A stretch of 64,000 bases of DNA from Candidatus Iainarchaeum sp. (GTDB taxonomy: Archaea; Iainarchaeota; Iainarchaeia; Iainarchaeales; VGJJ01), in contig JAZDJQ010000001.1 in the NCBI GenBank assembly GCA_043803765.1, positions 32,150-96,149 on the forward strand, given 5' to 3'. Each line of letters opens with the position of its first letter. Within the stretch, counting starts at the first letter, position 1. The notes under the pieces were generated by a model. That model worked only from the letters and a program-made list of their open reading frames with translations, did no database searches and was not told the origin of the DNA. Positions 24,009 to 32,826 of this stretch are shown piece after piece. Both the position numbers and the translations under genes were made by a program.

Positions 24009-24390
24009 TGATTTTTCCATGTTGTATCCACTCCTTGATTTCTTCGTCCGTATAATATCCCTCGCGTATTCCCGTCATGGTTTTGGCGTTGTCGGGATTG
24101 TCTGCAATGTTTGATTTAGCATTGTTCAGCGTTAAAAAATAAGTGGTCGCGAGTAGAGCCGTGCGTCGATTCCCGCTGGCAAATGCATGTTTTTGGATGA
24201 TTCCTTTCATCAAAATAACTGCCTTGTCATACGTATCTCCTTTCGTTTGTTCACAGTTTCGCAAAACTTCTCGTATTTTCGTCTCACTCAACACTTTGGG
24301 CGAGTCGGCCTTTTTGGCCTTCAACAGCATTAGCGCCAACAGGTTGAGTTCGATGATTTTCTCCACGGAAGGATAGCCAATCATATCCAT
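23992..24390 (-). CDS. Fic/Doc family toxin
   Basis: HAFASGNRRTA matches HxFxxGNxR. Confidence 0.9.
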   Translation of the reverse strand: MDMIGYPSVEKIIELNLLALMLLKAKKADSPKVLSETKIREVLRNCEQTKGDTYDKAVILMKGIIQKHAFASGNRRTALLATTYFLTLNNAKSNIADNPDNAKTMTGIREGYYTDEEIKEWIQHGKINAFKR

Positions 24391-24420
24391 TTTCCGGAAT
24401 GACTGCCTAAAAAAGGTATG

Positions 24421-24451
24421 GGTGTCGCGTGTTCAAATCACGCCAGCCCCA
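24421..24451 (+). repeat. att-like direct repeat of the tRNA-Phe 3' end
   Basis: Identical to 23652-23682. Confidence 0.92.
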
Positions 24452-24465
24452 TTTTTTTTCCTGAA

Positions 24466-24888
24466 TTAGTATTTCAATGGATCGATTCGTTTTATTCCTT
24501 GTACCTTGTCAAAATCCGTGTCGGCTGAAATGATTTCCTTGACATCATTTAGTTCCATTGTTGCCAAATGGATTCTGTCGGCGCCAAATAACGTGTTTTC
24601 ATACGTTGCGGCTTTCTTGATGGTGAATAAATCAGTATCTTGCCACGCGATAGGATAACTCATGAGTGCGTCCATATTTTTTGGCAAATCTAGCTCTCTT
24701 TCCTTTTGTCTTCTTTTTTCACTATTTATTTTTTGGATGACTCCAATCATTTCAATGAGGGTTAACTGTGATGACGTCACTTTTAGTTTTCCATTTTCAA
24801 TGTCTTCTAGGATTCTCGTGCATGCTTTGCCATACTTGTCGCTGTTTTCGATAGCGTACCCAAATATGTTGGTGTCAATATATTTCAT
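24466..24888 (-). CDS. vapC: PIN-domain toxin (VapC)
   Basis: YIDTNIF, TLIE, ADRIHLAT, IISADTDFD. Confidence 0.9.
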   Translation of the reverse strand: MKYIDTNIFGYAIENSDKYGKACTRILEDIENGKLKVTSSQLTLIEMIGVIQKINSEKRRQKERELDLPKNMDALMSYPIAWQDTDLFTIKKAATYENTLFGADRIHLATMELNDVKEIISADTDFDKVQGIKRIDPLKY

Positions 24889-25115
24889 AGGTTGGCTCGG
24901 ACATTTTTGATGAGATTCACCATGTCAATGTTCAATCGTACGTTTTGGGTGGTGAGAAATTTAGTGGGATTCTTAATCCGTTTGGGGGCGTCTACCAATA
25001 CTTTTCCTCCAACAATGTACCATTCAATCATCTGTCCGGGTTTGGCTCCGAGAAAATCGGCTATTCTCTTGGGCACGGTAGCCTGGCGCTTGCTCGTTAA
25101 AGTGGATTCATCCAT
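24885..25115 (-). CDS. AbrB/MazE-type antitoxin
   Basis: TLTSKRQATVPKRIADFLGAKPGQMIEW; ATGA overlap with vapC. Confidence 0.88.
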   Translation of the reverse strand: MDESTLTSKRQATVPKRIADFLGAKPGQMIEWYIVGGKVLVDAPKRIKNPTKFLTTQNVRLNIDMVNLIKNVRANL

Positions 25116-25120
25116 GTAAA

Positions 25121-25138
25121 AGTATTACCCGTAATACT
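25121..25138. promoter_or_regulatory. Operator palindrome of the abrB-vapC pair
   Basis: AGTATTAC-cc-GTAATACT lies between the TATA-like box and the ATG. Confidence 0.65.
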
Positions 25139-25308
25139 ATTTAACCTTTTGGGAGCCGTGCCGCCGCTGAAGTGTTCCGTGCATATCCAAATCACGCTAA
25201 TCCTATTTCTAAAATAACATATTATTCTATTTTCTTGTGTTTTGCATTTTTTTTGCAAATTATAAAGAGGACACTAAATAGAAATAGACAAGACCTTTGA
25301 GAGAACTA

Positions 25309-26259
25309 TTATTTGGCCGCAGATAATCGATTAGCCACTTCATTCTCGAGTCTCATGAGAATCAATCTAACGACAAATGCACTGTTCTGAAACTCGTGCC
25401 GGACATCGGCCGCCACCTCTTTCATCGGTCCGCTAATGACCCCCAAGCGATAAGTGTGTTGGCGCAGGATTGAACAACCTTTTTCAAGATCCTTTTGAGC
25501 TTCCTTCACCCTATAGCGAAGAGATTCATATTCTGTTTGCATTGGAGCATGGGAAAAATAATCATTAAATTGTTCAATGATATTTTTTCCGGCGTTCCTT
25601 CCTGTAGCTGAAAAAGAATCTACTAATTCCTCACATAACGGCGACGTGAAAACGCGCAAAAAATATCTCAAAGTACGACTGTCAGCTTCCTGTTTTGAAT
25701 ATTCTTTTCGAATGGCCGTCAAATCCGAGGCCAACATTGGCAACGTGATTCTCTCCAATCGAAGTTTTTGCGATTGTATACTCAAATCATGCAGATTTAT
25801 TGCGATAATGCCAATTTGGTTTTGCATGTTGTGACGAACGGTTGCGGTTTTAGCTGAAGATTTACTTATTGACTCCAAACTCCAAGTGAGTTTTTGTAGT
25901 CTATTTTGTGCTTCAAGGAGATCTTTTTGTCCATCAAAAACAGCCAATTCTAATTCACGCAAACGTTTCGTGGAATTTGAATCAGAACCTACAATCTCCT
26001 CCATCGAACGCCTAATGCCTGGGGAAGGAAAATATTGTGCATACAACTGCCTAAGCGAAGGAGAAGCAAACCGGCGGAGAAATAGTTCACGTTCATGCCA
26101 CGAACCATGTTCCCCCGTTTTCTTTTTTTTCCGACGAATGCGCATAATCTCTCGTGCAACCGTTGAAATCGTCGTTGGACGGTTTCGAATGGGCCCCATG
26201 TAATTTGTCCATTTAGACTTAATTTGCCGGCGCAATCTCGATAGGAATGAAGATGGCAT
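25309..26259 (-). CDS. Orphan helical/coiled-coil protein with basic N-terminus
   Basis: 316-aa ORF filling the gap; no recognised motif. Confidence 0.65.
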   Translation of the reverse strand: MPSSFLSRLRRQIKSKWTNYMGPIRNRPTTISTVAREIMRIRRKKKKTGEHGSWHERELFLRRFASPSLRQLYAQYFPSPGIRRSMEEIVGSDSNSTKRLRELELAVFDGQKDLLEAQNRLQKLTWSLESISKSSAKTATVRHNMQNQIGIIAINLHDLSIQSQKLRLERITLPMLASDLTAIRKEYSKQEADSRTLRYFLRVFTSPLCEELVDSFSATGRNAGKNIIEQFNDYFSHAPMQTEYESLRYRVKEAQKDLEKGCSILRQHTYRLGVISGPMKEVAADVRHEFQNSAFVVRLILMRLENEVANRLSAAK

Positions 26260-26367
26260 GCGACTAAAAAATGAAAATGGGTATTTAATGATAGGTGACG
26301 AATTACTGGCTGGACGGTGTGCTTTTTACAATAATTTCCTGTGCGCACGTTCGTTTTTTTTTTAAAA

Positions 26368-27837
26368 TTATTTAATGTTCCTCATCTGCGGGAAGAATAA
26401 TACGTCGCGGATCGTGGGCTGGTCGAGTAATAGCATCACCATTCGATCGATGCCGATTCCGAGTCCTCCCGTGGGGGGCATTCCGTATTCCATGGCGAGA
26501 ATAAAGTCCTCGTCTACGGGCATTTCTTCTCCTTTTGCTCTTCCTTCTTTTGCTTGTTTTTCAAGTAATTCGCGCTGTTTGAGTGCATCATTCAATTCCG
26601 AATACGCGTTGCTTATTTCCCATCCGTTGATGAATGATTCAAACCGCTCAATGAATCCTTTTTCGGTTCGGTGTTCTTTGCATAAGGGGGTTGTTTCATA
26701 CGGGTAATCGGTGAGGTGCGTGGGCTGGGTGAGGTGTTTTTCCGCTACGGCTTCGAATAATTCGTTGATGATTAATCCTCTTATTTTTGGGTTTTCCATT
26801 TTGTTTCCTGTTTTGGCAATCTCTTTGAGTAATTCGTCATCACTCAATTGGTCCACGTCAATGTCGGCGTATTTTTTGATTGCTTTTTTCATGGGGAGTC
26901 GCTCCCATTTTTCTCCCAAATCGAAGTCAACTCCTTGGTATGTGAATCGTTCGTTTCCGTGTACGGCCATGCATGCTTCACGGTATATTTCTTCGGTTAG
27001 TTTCATCATATCATGATAATCGGCATATGCCCAGTAGCATTCCATGCTCGTAAATTCCGGATTGTGTGTTTTATCAATGTCTTCGTTTCTGAAATTTTTT
27101 CCTATTGTGTATACTTTTTCCATGTTTCCAATCGTGAGTCGTTTCAGATACAATTCGGGTGATATGGATAAGTATAATTCTTGGTCGAGTGCATTGGATT
27201 GTGTGGTGAAGGGTCGTGCGTTTGCTCCTCCGTATTGTGTTTGCAGGGTGGGTATTTCTACTTCTACAAATCCTTGTCGATCTAACACGCGTCGTACTGC
27301 TTGAGTGATTTTGCTTCTTCCTACAAAAACACGTTTGACTTCTGGATTCATGAGTAAGTCCAAGTATCGTTGCCTATACCTTGCTTCGATATCGGATAGT
27401 CCATGCCATTTGTCGGGGAGTGGTGCAATGCTTTTTCCTAGTATTCCTATTTTTTCTGCTAGTATGCTTATTTCTCCTCGTTGTGTTCGTATTATTTTTC
27501 CTTCGGCGAACCCGTAATCTCCTGCGTCCAGCATTTCGATGAGTTCAAATCCTTCGGCGGGTGTTACTCCTGCTTTTAATTGTACTTGTATTTTTCCCGT
27601 ATCGTCCCACATGTCCAAGAATGCTAGTTTTCCAAATCCCCGTATGCTCATTATTTTTCCACAGATTTTTGCTTGTTCGTTGCTTTCTTCCCCATTTTGT
27701 AGTCCATTAAATTTTCTTTTTATTTCGCTTGCAGTGTGCGTTCGTGAATACTGATAAGGATAAGGATTGATTCCTTTCTCTTTGAGCGTTTTGAGTTTCT
27801 GTATTTTGCTCGTACGTAGTTCTTCAAACGTGGTCAT
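26368..27837 (-). CDS. lysS: Lysine--tRNA ligase, class II
   Basis: OB fold; RYRQRYLDL, GGANARPF, FRNE, HNPEFT, GMPPTGGLGIGIDR. Confidence 0.97.
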   Translation of the reverse strand: MTTFEELRTSKIQKLKTLKEKGINPYPYQYSRTHTASEIKRKFNGLQNGEESNEQAKICGKIMSIRGFGKLAFLDMWDDTGKIQVQLKAGVTPAEGFELIEMLDAGDYGFAEGKIIRTQRGEISILAEKIGILGKSIAPLPDKWHGLSDIEARYRQRYLDLLMNPEVKRVFVGRSKITQAVRRVLDRQGFVEVEIPTLQTQYGGANARPFTTQSNALDQELYLSISPELYLKRLTIGNMEKVYTIGKNFRNEDIDKTHNPEFTSMECYWAYADYHDMMKLTEEIYREACMAVHGNERFTYQGVDFDLGEKWERLPMKKAIKKYADIDVDQLSDDELLKEIAKTGNKMENPKIRGLIINELFEAVAEKHLTQPTHLTDYPYETTPLCKEHRTEKGFIERFESFINGWEISNAYSELNDALKQRELLEKQAKEGRAKGEEMPVDEDFILAMEYGMPPTGGLGIGIDRMVMLLLDQPTIRDVLFFPQMRNIK

Positions 27838-27902
27838 GCACTACTTTTGCCTCTGCCTACTCTTAAAAACAGGTGCCGGTTCTTCTGGGTACAATACCCG
27901 TT

Positions 27903-28643
27903 CTATACTTCTTTGAATGCTTCTTGTGTACTTGATATTTGGATTCCTCGCGGGGTTATTTGCAATGGGTGTAAGTCTTCCGAATGGTGGGTTGCCCGCA
28001 GTTTGCGTACGTGCAGGGTGCGGTTGCTTTGGCTTCCCATTCCTAAATAGTGCAGCATGAATACTCCGTCTACTACGAATTCTTCTATGCCAAATCGGGA
28101 GTATACTCCTCCGTCTCCTTCTCGTACTTCACTCACCATGAGTGTGGTAACGCCTGTTCTTTCGAGCATATAACTTATTTTCAAAATGGCTTTTCGTACT
28201 TCATTTGCATTGTCATAATTGAATCCCAACGCGGGCAGTGAGTCAATTACGAGTCTTTTTGCTCCAATTCTTCGGGTGGTGCGCATGATTTCAAGTAATA
28301 GTTTGTCTAAGTCAAATCCAGTGGGCATGCTGAATTGTTCTTCGCTCGGCATTCCTATTTTGGTGATGCTTCCATCAATAATTTCAACAATGTTTTCATC
28401 CTCTAGTTTTCGTAAATCCCATCCGAATGATAGCATGTCTTCTCTCAATAGATTGGGCCGTTCATCTAATGTAACATATACGCCGGGCTGCTTATACTGC
28501 ATTGCTCCTGCGTAAATGTATTGAGTGCAGAAAATACTTTTTCCTGTTCCAGTTGCTCCCGATACAAGGAAGCTTCTTCCTTCTGGAAGTCCTCCTTCGA
28601 TGAGTTCGTCCAATCCGGTGATTCCGGTGGGAATGCGGTCCAT
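27903..28643 (-). CDS. KaiC-like / RAD55 family ATPase
   Basis: RIPTGITGLDELIEGG, GATGTGKS, RLVIDS, VRKLR. Confidence 0.9.
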   Translation of the reverse strand: MDRIPTGITGLDELIEGGLPEGRSFLVSGATGTGKSIFCTQYIYAGAMQYKQPGVYVTLDERPNLLREDMLSFGWDLRKLEDENIVEIIDGSITKIGMPSEEQFSMPTGFDLDKLLLEIMRTTRRIGAKRLVIDSLPALGFNYDNANEVRKAILKISYMLERTGVTTLMVSEVREGDGGVYSRFGIEEFVVDGVFMLHYLGMGSQSNRTLHVRKLRATHHSEDLHPLQITPRGIQISSTQEAFKEV

Positions 28644-28788
28644 TCTTTCATGAATTCGTTGGTTTCTTTTAAGCCTGCGTATCGGTTGAGTGTAATTTCC
28701 ATGCAATTTGGGGAACGTTTTAAAGACCCATTTCCCTCTTTGTCCCTATTGTCCCTTATCTTAGGGCGATGAATGGGAGGAAATACAC

Positions 28789-29607
28789 ATGTCTGATACA
28801 ATTGGGGAGCACCATATGCATCACCCGCCTGTGAAGGGCGATGATTTTCATGCTTATGTGCTTCCATTAAGCATACTTTTGGCTGCTATAATCATCGGCT
28901 GGTCGATGACGACTTCTGCGGCTGCATTGGGTAAGAGTTTCGCTAATATTGCAATTAATGTTCCTTCGAATGGGGGAGATAATTTGCCAGTTCTTCCTAC
29001 CGACCAAGAGGATTTGGCTCCTTCCATAACTAAGACGATGGCCGAGCTTTTGGCGGATGCCCCGGGTGGCATTGGGAGTGATTCGGCTCCTCTTGTGATG
29101 GTGGAATACTCGGATTATCAGTGTCCTTATTGTAAGGTTTTTTTCAAGGATACGGAAGGGCAGCTTATTGATAAATATGTTGAATCGGGGCAGCTCCAAA
29201 TTTTCTATAAGGATTTTCCTTTGAGTTTTCATTCAATGGCAGCTAACTCTGCAAATGCTGCTCGTTGTGCAGGGGAACAGGGAAAATATTGGGAGATGCA
29301 TGATAAAATATTCGAGGAGACCTATGCGATTTCCCCTTCTGCTACTTCTCAGTATACAATAGACGATTTGAAGAAGTGGGGTGCTGATTTGGGATTGAAC
29401 ACCACTCAATTTGATTCGTGTGTGGACAGTTCGAAGTATGATGCCGAGATTCAGGCTGATTTGGTCGAGGGTCAAACGGTAGGGGTTGGGGGGACTCCCA
29501 GCTTTGTAATAGGTTTGCGCGACCAGCCCGGTCAGTTAATCGTGGGGGCTCAACCGTATTCTAGTTTTGAGATGGTGGTTGAATCGCTTCTTCAACAGGC
29601 CAATTAG
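28789..29607 (+). CDS. Membrane-anchored DsbA-family oxidoreductase
   Basis: EYSDYQCPYC, DFPL, GTPSF, GAQPY. Confidence 0.92.
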   Translation: MSDTIGEHHMHHPPVKGDDFHAYVLPLSILLAAIIIGWSMTTSAAALGKSFANIAINVPSNGGDNLPVLPTDQEDLAPSITKTMAELLADAPGGIGSDSAPLVMVEYSDYQCPYCKVFFKDTEGQLIDKYVESGQLQIFYKDFPLSFHSMAANSANAARCAGEQGKYWEMHDKIFEETYAISPSATSQYTIDDLKKWGADLGLNTTQFDSCVDSSKYDAEIQADLVEGQTVGVGGTPSFVIGLRDQPGQLIVGAQPYSSFEMVVESLLQQAN

Positions 29608-29692
29608 TTAATATTGTGGGGGAGGTTTAGGGATTTTTTCCCCTTTCCTTTTCCCACTCCTTTTTATTTTCTCTCTTCTTTTTTTCCTGTTC

Positions 29693-30208
29693 ATGAAGCA
29701 CTTGTTGTTCTTTTCTTTTGTTGGTTTTCTTTTTTTGTCCGGTTGTATTTCGGCTAAATACGAGTCGCGTGACACATCAAGCATTGCTCCAACGTCTATT
29801 TCTTCGTTCCAGCTCCTTCCAAATGCTACCATCTGCACGGAAGATGGGAAACCCATTATTCGTTTGTTTTCTACTACCACATGCCCTCATTGTCATTGGA
29901 TTAATTCTACCATTAATGGGGTTATGGATGAATATGTTGCGGAAGGAAAGATTGTTGCGTATCATTGGGAATTGGATAATGGGGATAATCAATTGACTCC
30001 TAATAGAGAGTCTTCTATTCTTCCGGGTGAAGTGGAGTTGTTTCAGTCCGTTAATCCCCAGCAGACCGTTCCAACCTATTTGTTTGGGTGTAAGTATTAT
30101 CGTGTAGGAAACGCCTATGAGTCTATTGATAATACTGATTTGGAAGCGGGTGAGTTCAAAGCGGTGATTGAGAAACTCATTTCTGAAGTTTCGGCTAATT
30201 CCACTTAA
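29693..30208 (+). CDS. Thioredoxin-like lipoprotein
   Basis: LSGC lipobox; TTCPHC; VPT cis-Pro motif. Confidence 0.8.
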   Translation: MKHLLFFSFVGFLFLSGCISAKYESRDTSSIAPTSISSFQLLPNATICTEDGKPIIRLFSTTTCPHCHWINSTINGVMDEYVAEGKIVAYHWELDNGDNQLTPNRESSILPGEVELFQSVNPQQTVPTYLFGCKYYRVGNAYESIDNTDLEAGEFKAVIEKLISEVSANST

Positions 30209-30264
30209 CATTGGGGAACTAGTTTATATTTTTCTGCGTTTCATTTTGGTATGGAGATGTTTGT

Positions 30265-30507
30265 ATGATGAATCACGCTATTACGATTTATTCTATTCCT
30301 TCGTGTGCCTATTGTAAGATGGAGAAAGAGTTCTTGATAGAGCATAACATTGTATTCAAGGAAGTAGATGTAGCCGAGGACACGCAAGCAGCCCAGCGAA
30401 TGATTATGAAGTCCGGTCAGTCCGGTGTTCCCGTTACTGAGATTGATGGGAAAATTATTGTGGGCTTTGATAAGTCCGCATTGAAAAAACTCCTCGATAT
30501 TGCCTAA
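30265..30507 (+). CDS. Glutaredoxin-like protein
   Basis: CAYC; SGQSGVPV; IIVGFD. Confidence 0.9.
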   Translation: MMNHAITIYSIPSCAYCKMEKEFLIEHNIVFKEVDVAEDTQAAQRMIMKSGQSGVPVTEIDGKIIVGFDKSALKKLLDIA

Positions 30508-30511
30508 TTCG

Positions 30512-31543
30512 CTATGAGCAGTTCTTGGGTGGTTTTTTAATAAATTGTTCAAGGATGTCGGTGCATTCTCGGATGTCGTCTCGGCTGGCGATACTGTGCG
30601 TGGTATGAATATTTCGGATGCATACCCCCATTGATGTTGCGGGAACCCCTCCTTTGGATAATGAGATAGTGAGTGCATCTGTGGTTCCGAAGTTGCTCAC
30701 TTCTAATTGGATGGGTATCTTCATCTGTTTTCCTAGTTTTCGGATGTAATTATTGATGCATGCGTTTCCAATCATTTCGTCGTCTTTCATTGTGAGGACG
30801 GGCCCCTTTTCTACAATTTTGGTTGGTTCATCATTCATGTCGTTCGCATTGCTCACATCTACTGCAATAGCAATAGCGGGTTCTACTTGGTAGGTGGAGA
30901 CTTTTGCTCCATACAATCCTACTTCTTCTTGTACAGTGAAAACATAGTAGATATCATTTGTGCATTTTTTGAGTCGTTTAGCTAGTTCGAGTAGGATGAA
31001 GCATCCGATTCGGTCGTCAAGTGCTTTTCCTGCAATGAAATTTTTGTTTCCTATTCTGTGGTCGACTCGTTCTAGGCTTAGGTACGCTCCCACGTCTATT
31101 CCTTTTTGTTTGATTTCAGTCGCGCTGAGTCCAGTATCCACAAATAAGCTGTTCATCTCGGGTAGTTCGCTCATTTCGTAATCATTGTTTATTTCTTTTG
31201 TGGACACGATTCCTTTTACATTTTCTTTTGTTCCAATGACTTCTACTGTTTGTCCAATTACGTTGACGGTGTTGATTCCTCCAACTGCGCTCACGTACAT
31301 TCTTCCGCTTTTGTCGATGCGTTTGATCATCAATCCTATTTCGTCCATGTGGGCGGCGAGCATGATGCTTGGTTTTTTTCCTTTTTTGTGGCAGATGAGG
31401 TCTCCCATTCTGTCTACTTTTGTAATATCGACGAGGGGTTTCATTCGTTTGATGATATATTCTCGTACGAGTTCTTCGTTCCCCGATACTCCATCTAAAT
31501 TCATTAATTCGTGCAGGATTTTATAATCCATTTTTTTATCCAT
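30512..31543 (-). CDS. M42 (TET) aminopeptidase
   Basis: AAHMDEIG, KALDDR, VQEEVG, GTTDA, RNIH. Confidence 0.93.
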   Translation of the reverse strand: MDKKMDYKILHELMNLDGVSGNEELVREYIIKRMKPLVDITKVDRMGDLICHKKGKKPSIMLAAHMDEIGLMIKRIDKSGRMYVSAVGGINTVNVIGQTVEVIGTKENVKGIVSTKEINNDYEMSELPEMNSLFVDTGLSATEIKQKGIDVGAYLSLERVDHRIGNKNFIAGKALDDRIGCFILLELAKRLKKCTNDIYYVFTVQEEVGLYGAKVSTYQVEPAIAIAVDVSNANDMNDEPTKIVEKGPVLTMKDDEMIGNACINNYIRKLGKQMKIPIQLEVSNFGTTDALTISLSKGGVPATSMGVCIRNIHTTHSIASRDDIRECTDILEQFIKKPPKNCS

Positions 31544-31549
31544 TTCTCG

Positions 31550-32788
31550 TCACCTCATTCCTCTTGTTACTTTTTCAATAACTGTCATTCCTTCATTTAC
31601 TTCTTCTTTTGTTATATTCAACGAGGGGGAAATCCTTATTCCTTCCCATCCGCACCCTAGAACGATAACTCCTTCCTTAAAGCATTTTTGCTGGAATAGG
31701 TTTCTCATTTTGGTATTTTTAACGTCGAATGCCCGCATTAATCCTATTCCTCTTGGTCGGTGGATTTTGTCCGTTTTCGCATGGATTTCATTTAACCATT
31801 TTCCTATTTCTTTTCCTTGTAGTGTGGCATTTTGTAGGAGTTTTTTCTTTTTTATTTCTCTTATTATGGCAGTCCCCATTGCCATGTCGAGGATGTGTCC
31901 TCCCCCCCATGTGGAGGAAATAGCTCCTTTTTCTTTTGGGAACCATTTTTTGTTGGCGAGGGTAGCTCCTACTTGTAGCATTTTTGCGCTGGTTTGAATA
32001 TCGGGGGTTATTCCGTGGTGTTGGTAGGTCCACCATTTTCCTGTTCGTCCCATTCCTGCTTGTATTTCGTCAAAAATGAGGGGTATTCCATACTGCTTTG
32101 TCACACGTCGTATTTCTTTTACCATGGGCGTAGTTGCGGGTAAGTATCCTCCTTCTCCTTGTACTCCTTCCATAATAACGAATCCTATTTCATCTGCATC
32201 GAATTCTCTTTTCAATAGTTCTTCTAGTTCTCCCGGTCCATTATCATTATAGGATATGTGTCGTACGGGTAATCGTAGGAAGTGTTTTACTTGTACGCTT
32301 TTGGAATTGGTTAAGCTTAATGCTCCTGTTGTGCGTCCGTGCCATCCGTTTTTGAATGATATTCCTACTTTTGCTGTTGGTCGTCGGTGGCATGCAATTT
32401 TCAATGCATTTTCATTTGCTTCTGCTCCTGAATTGATGAGGAATCCTTTATCAAATTCTTTTGGTGTAATGCTTCGTAATTCTTCTAATAATTCCACGTG
32501 TTCTTTTACTACAAAATCCTGTCCTCCGTATTTGATGGGCGTCTGTTGTGCGTATTTTTTCATGATGTTCAACAAAGTAGGATTGTTATACCCGAGTGGG
32601 TTGCTTGCTATTTGTGCTGAAAAATCAAGAAACACATTTCCATCCATGTCGGAGAAATGGCTTCCTTTTCCTTCTCCCGAATGTACGTACGCGTGGTCGA
32701 TGTTGAATGCTCCATTTCGTTGTCTGAGTCTATTCAAAATGCCCTTGGACTTTGGCCCCGGCAACATTGTTTTGAGTGTAATCTGCAT
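31550..32788 (-). CDS. Class III PLP aminotransferase (GABA/lysine/ornithine type)
   Basis: NSGAEANE, WHGRT, EGVQGEGG, DEIQAGMGRTG, SAK, STWGG. Confidence 0.9.
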   Translation of the reverse strand: MQITLKTMLPGPKSKGILNRLRQRNGAFNIDHAYVHSGEGKGSHFSDMDGNVFLDFSAQIASNPLGYNNPTLLNIMKKYAQQTPIKYGGQDFVVKEHVELLEELRSITPKEFDKGFLINSGAEANENALKIACHRRPTAKVGISFKNGWHGRTTGALSLTNSKSVQVKHFLRLPVRHISYNDNGPGELEELLKREFDADEIGFVIMEGVQGEGGYLPATTPMVKEIRRVTKQYGIPLIFDEIQAGMGRTGKWWTYQHHGITPDIQTSAKMLQVGATLANKKWFPKEKGAISSTWGGGHILDMAMGTAIIREIKKKKLLQNATLQGKEIGKWLNEIHAKTDKIHRPRGIGLMRAFDVKNTKMRNLFQQKCFKEGVIVLGCGWEGIRISPSLNITKEEVNEGMTVIEKVTRGMR

Positions 32789-32826
32789 ATAGGGCAACGA
32801 TTGGTTTTTGGGGATTAAAATGCTTC

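Larger units (their letters stand above)
23652..25205. mobile_element. tRNA-Phe-anchored island of two TA cassettes
   Basis: Exact 31-bp repeat of the tRNA 3' end at 24421-24451 and a degenerate copy at about 25165-25205. Confidence 0.7.

Noticed and set aside
27903-28643. Circadian KaiC system
   Set aside because: Single-domain KaiC-like ATPase common in archaea; no kaiA or kaiB
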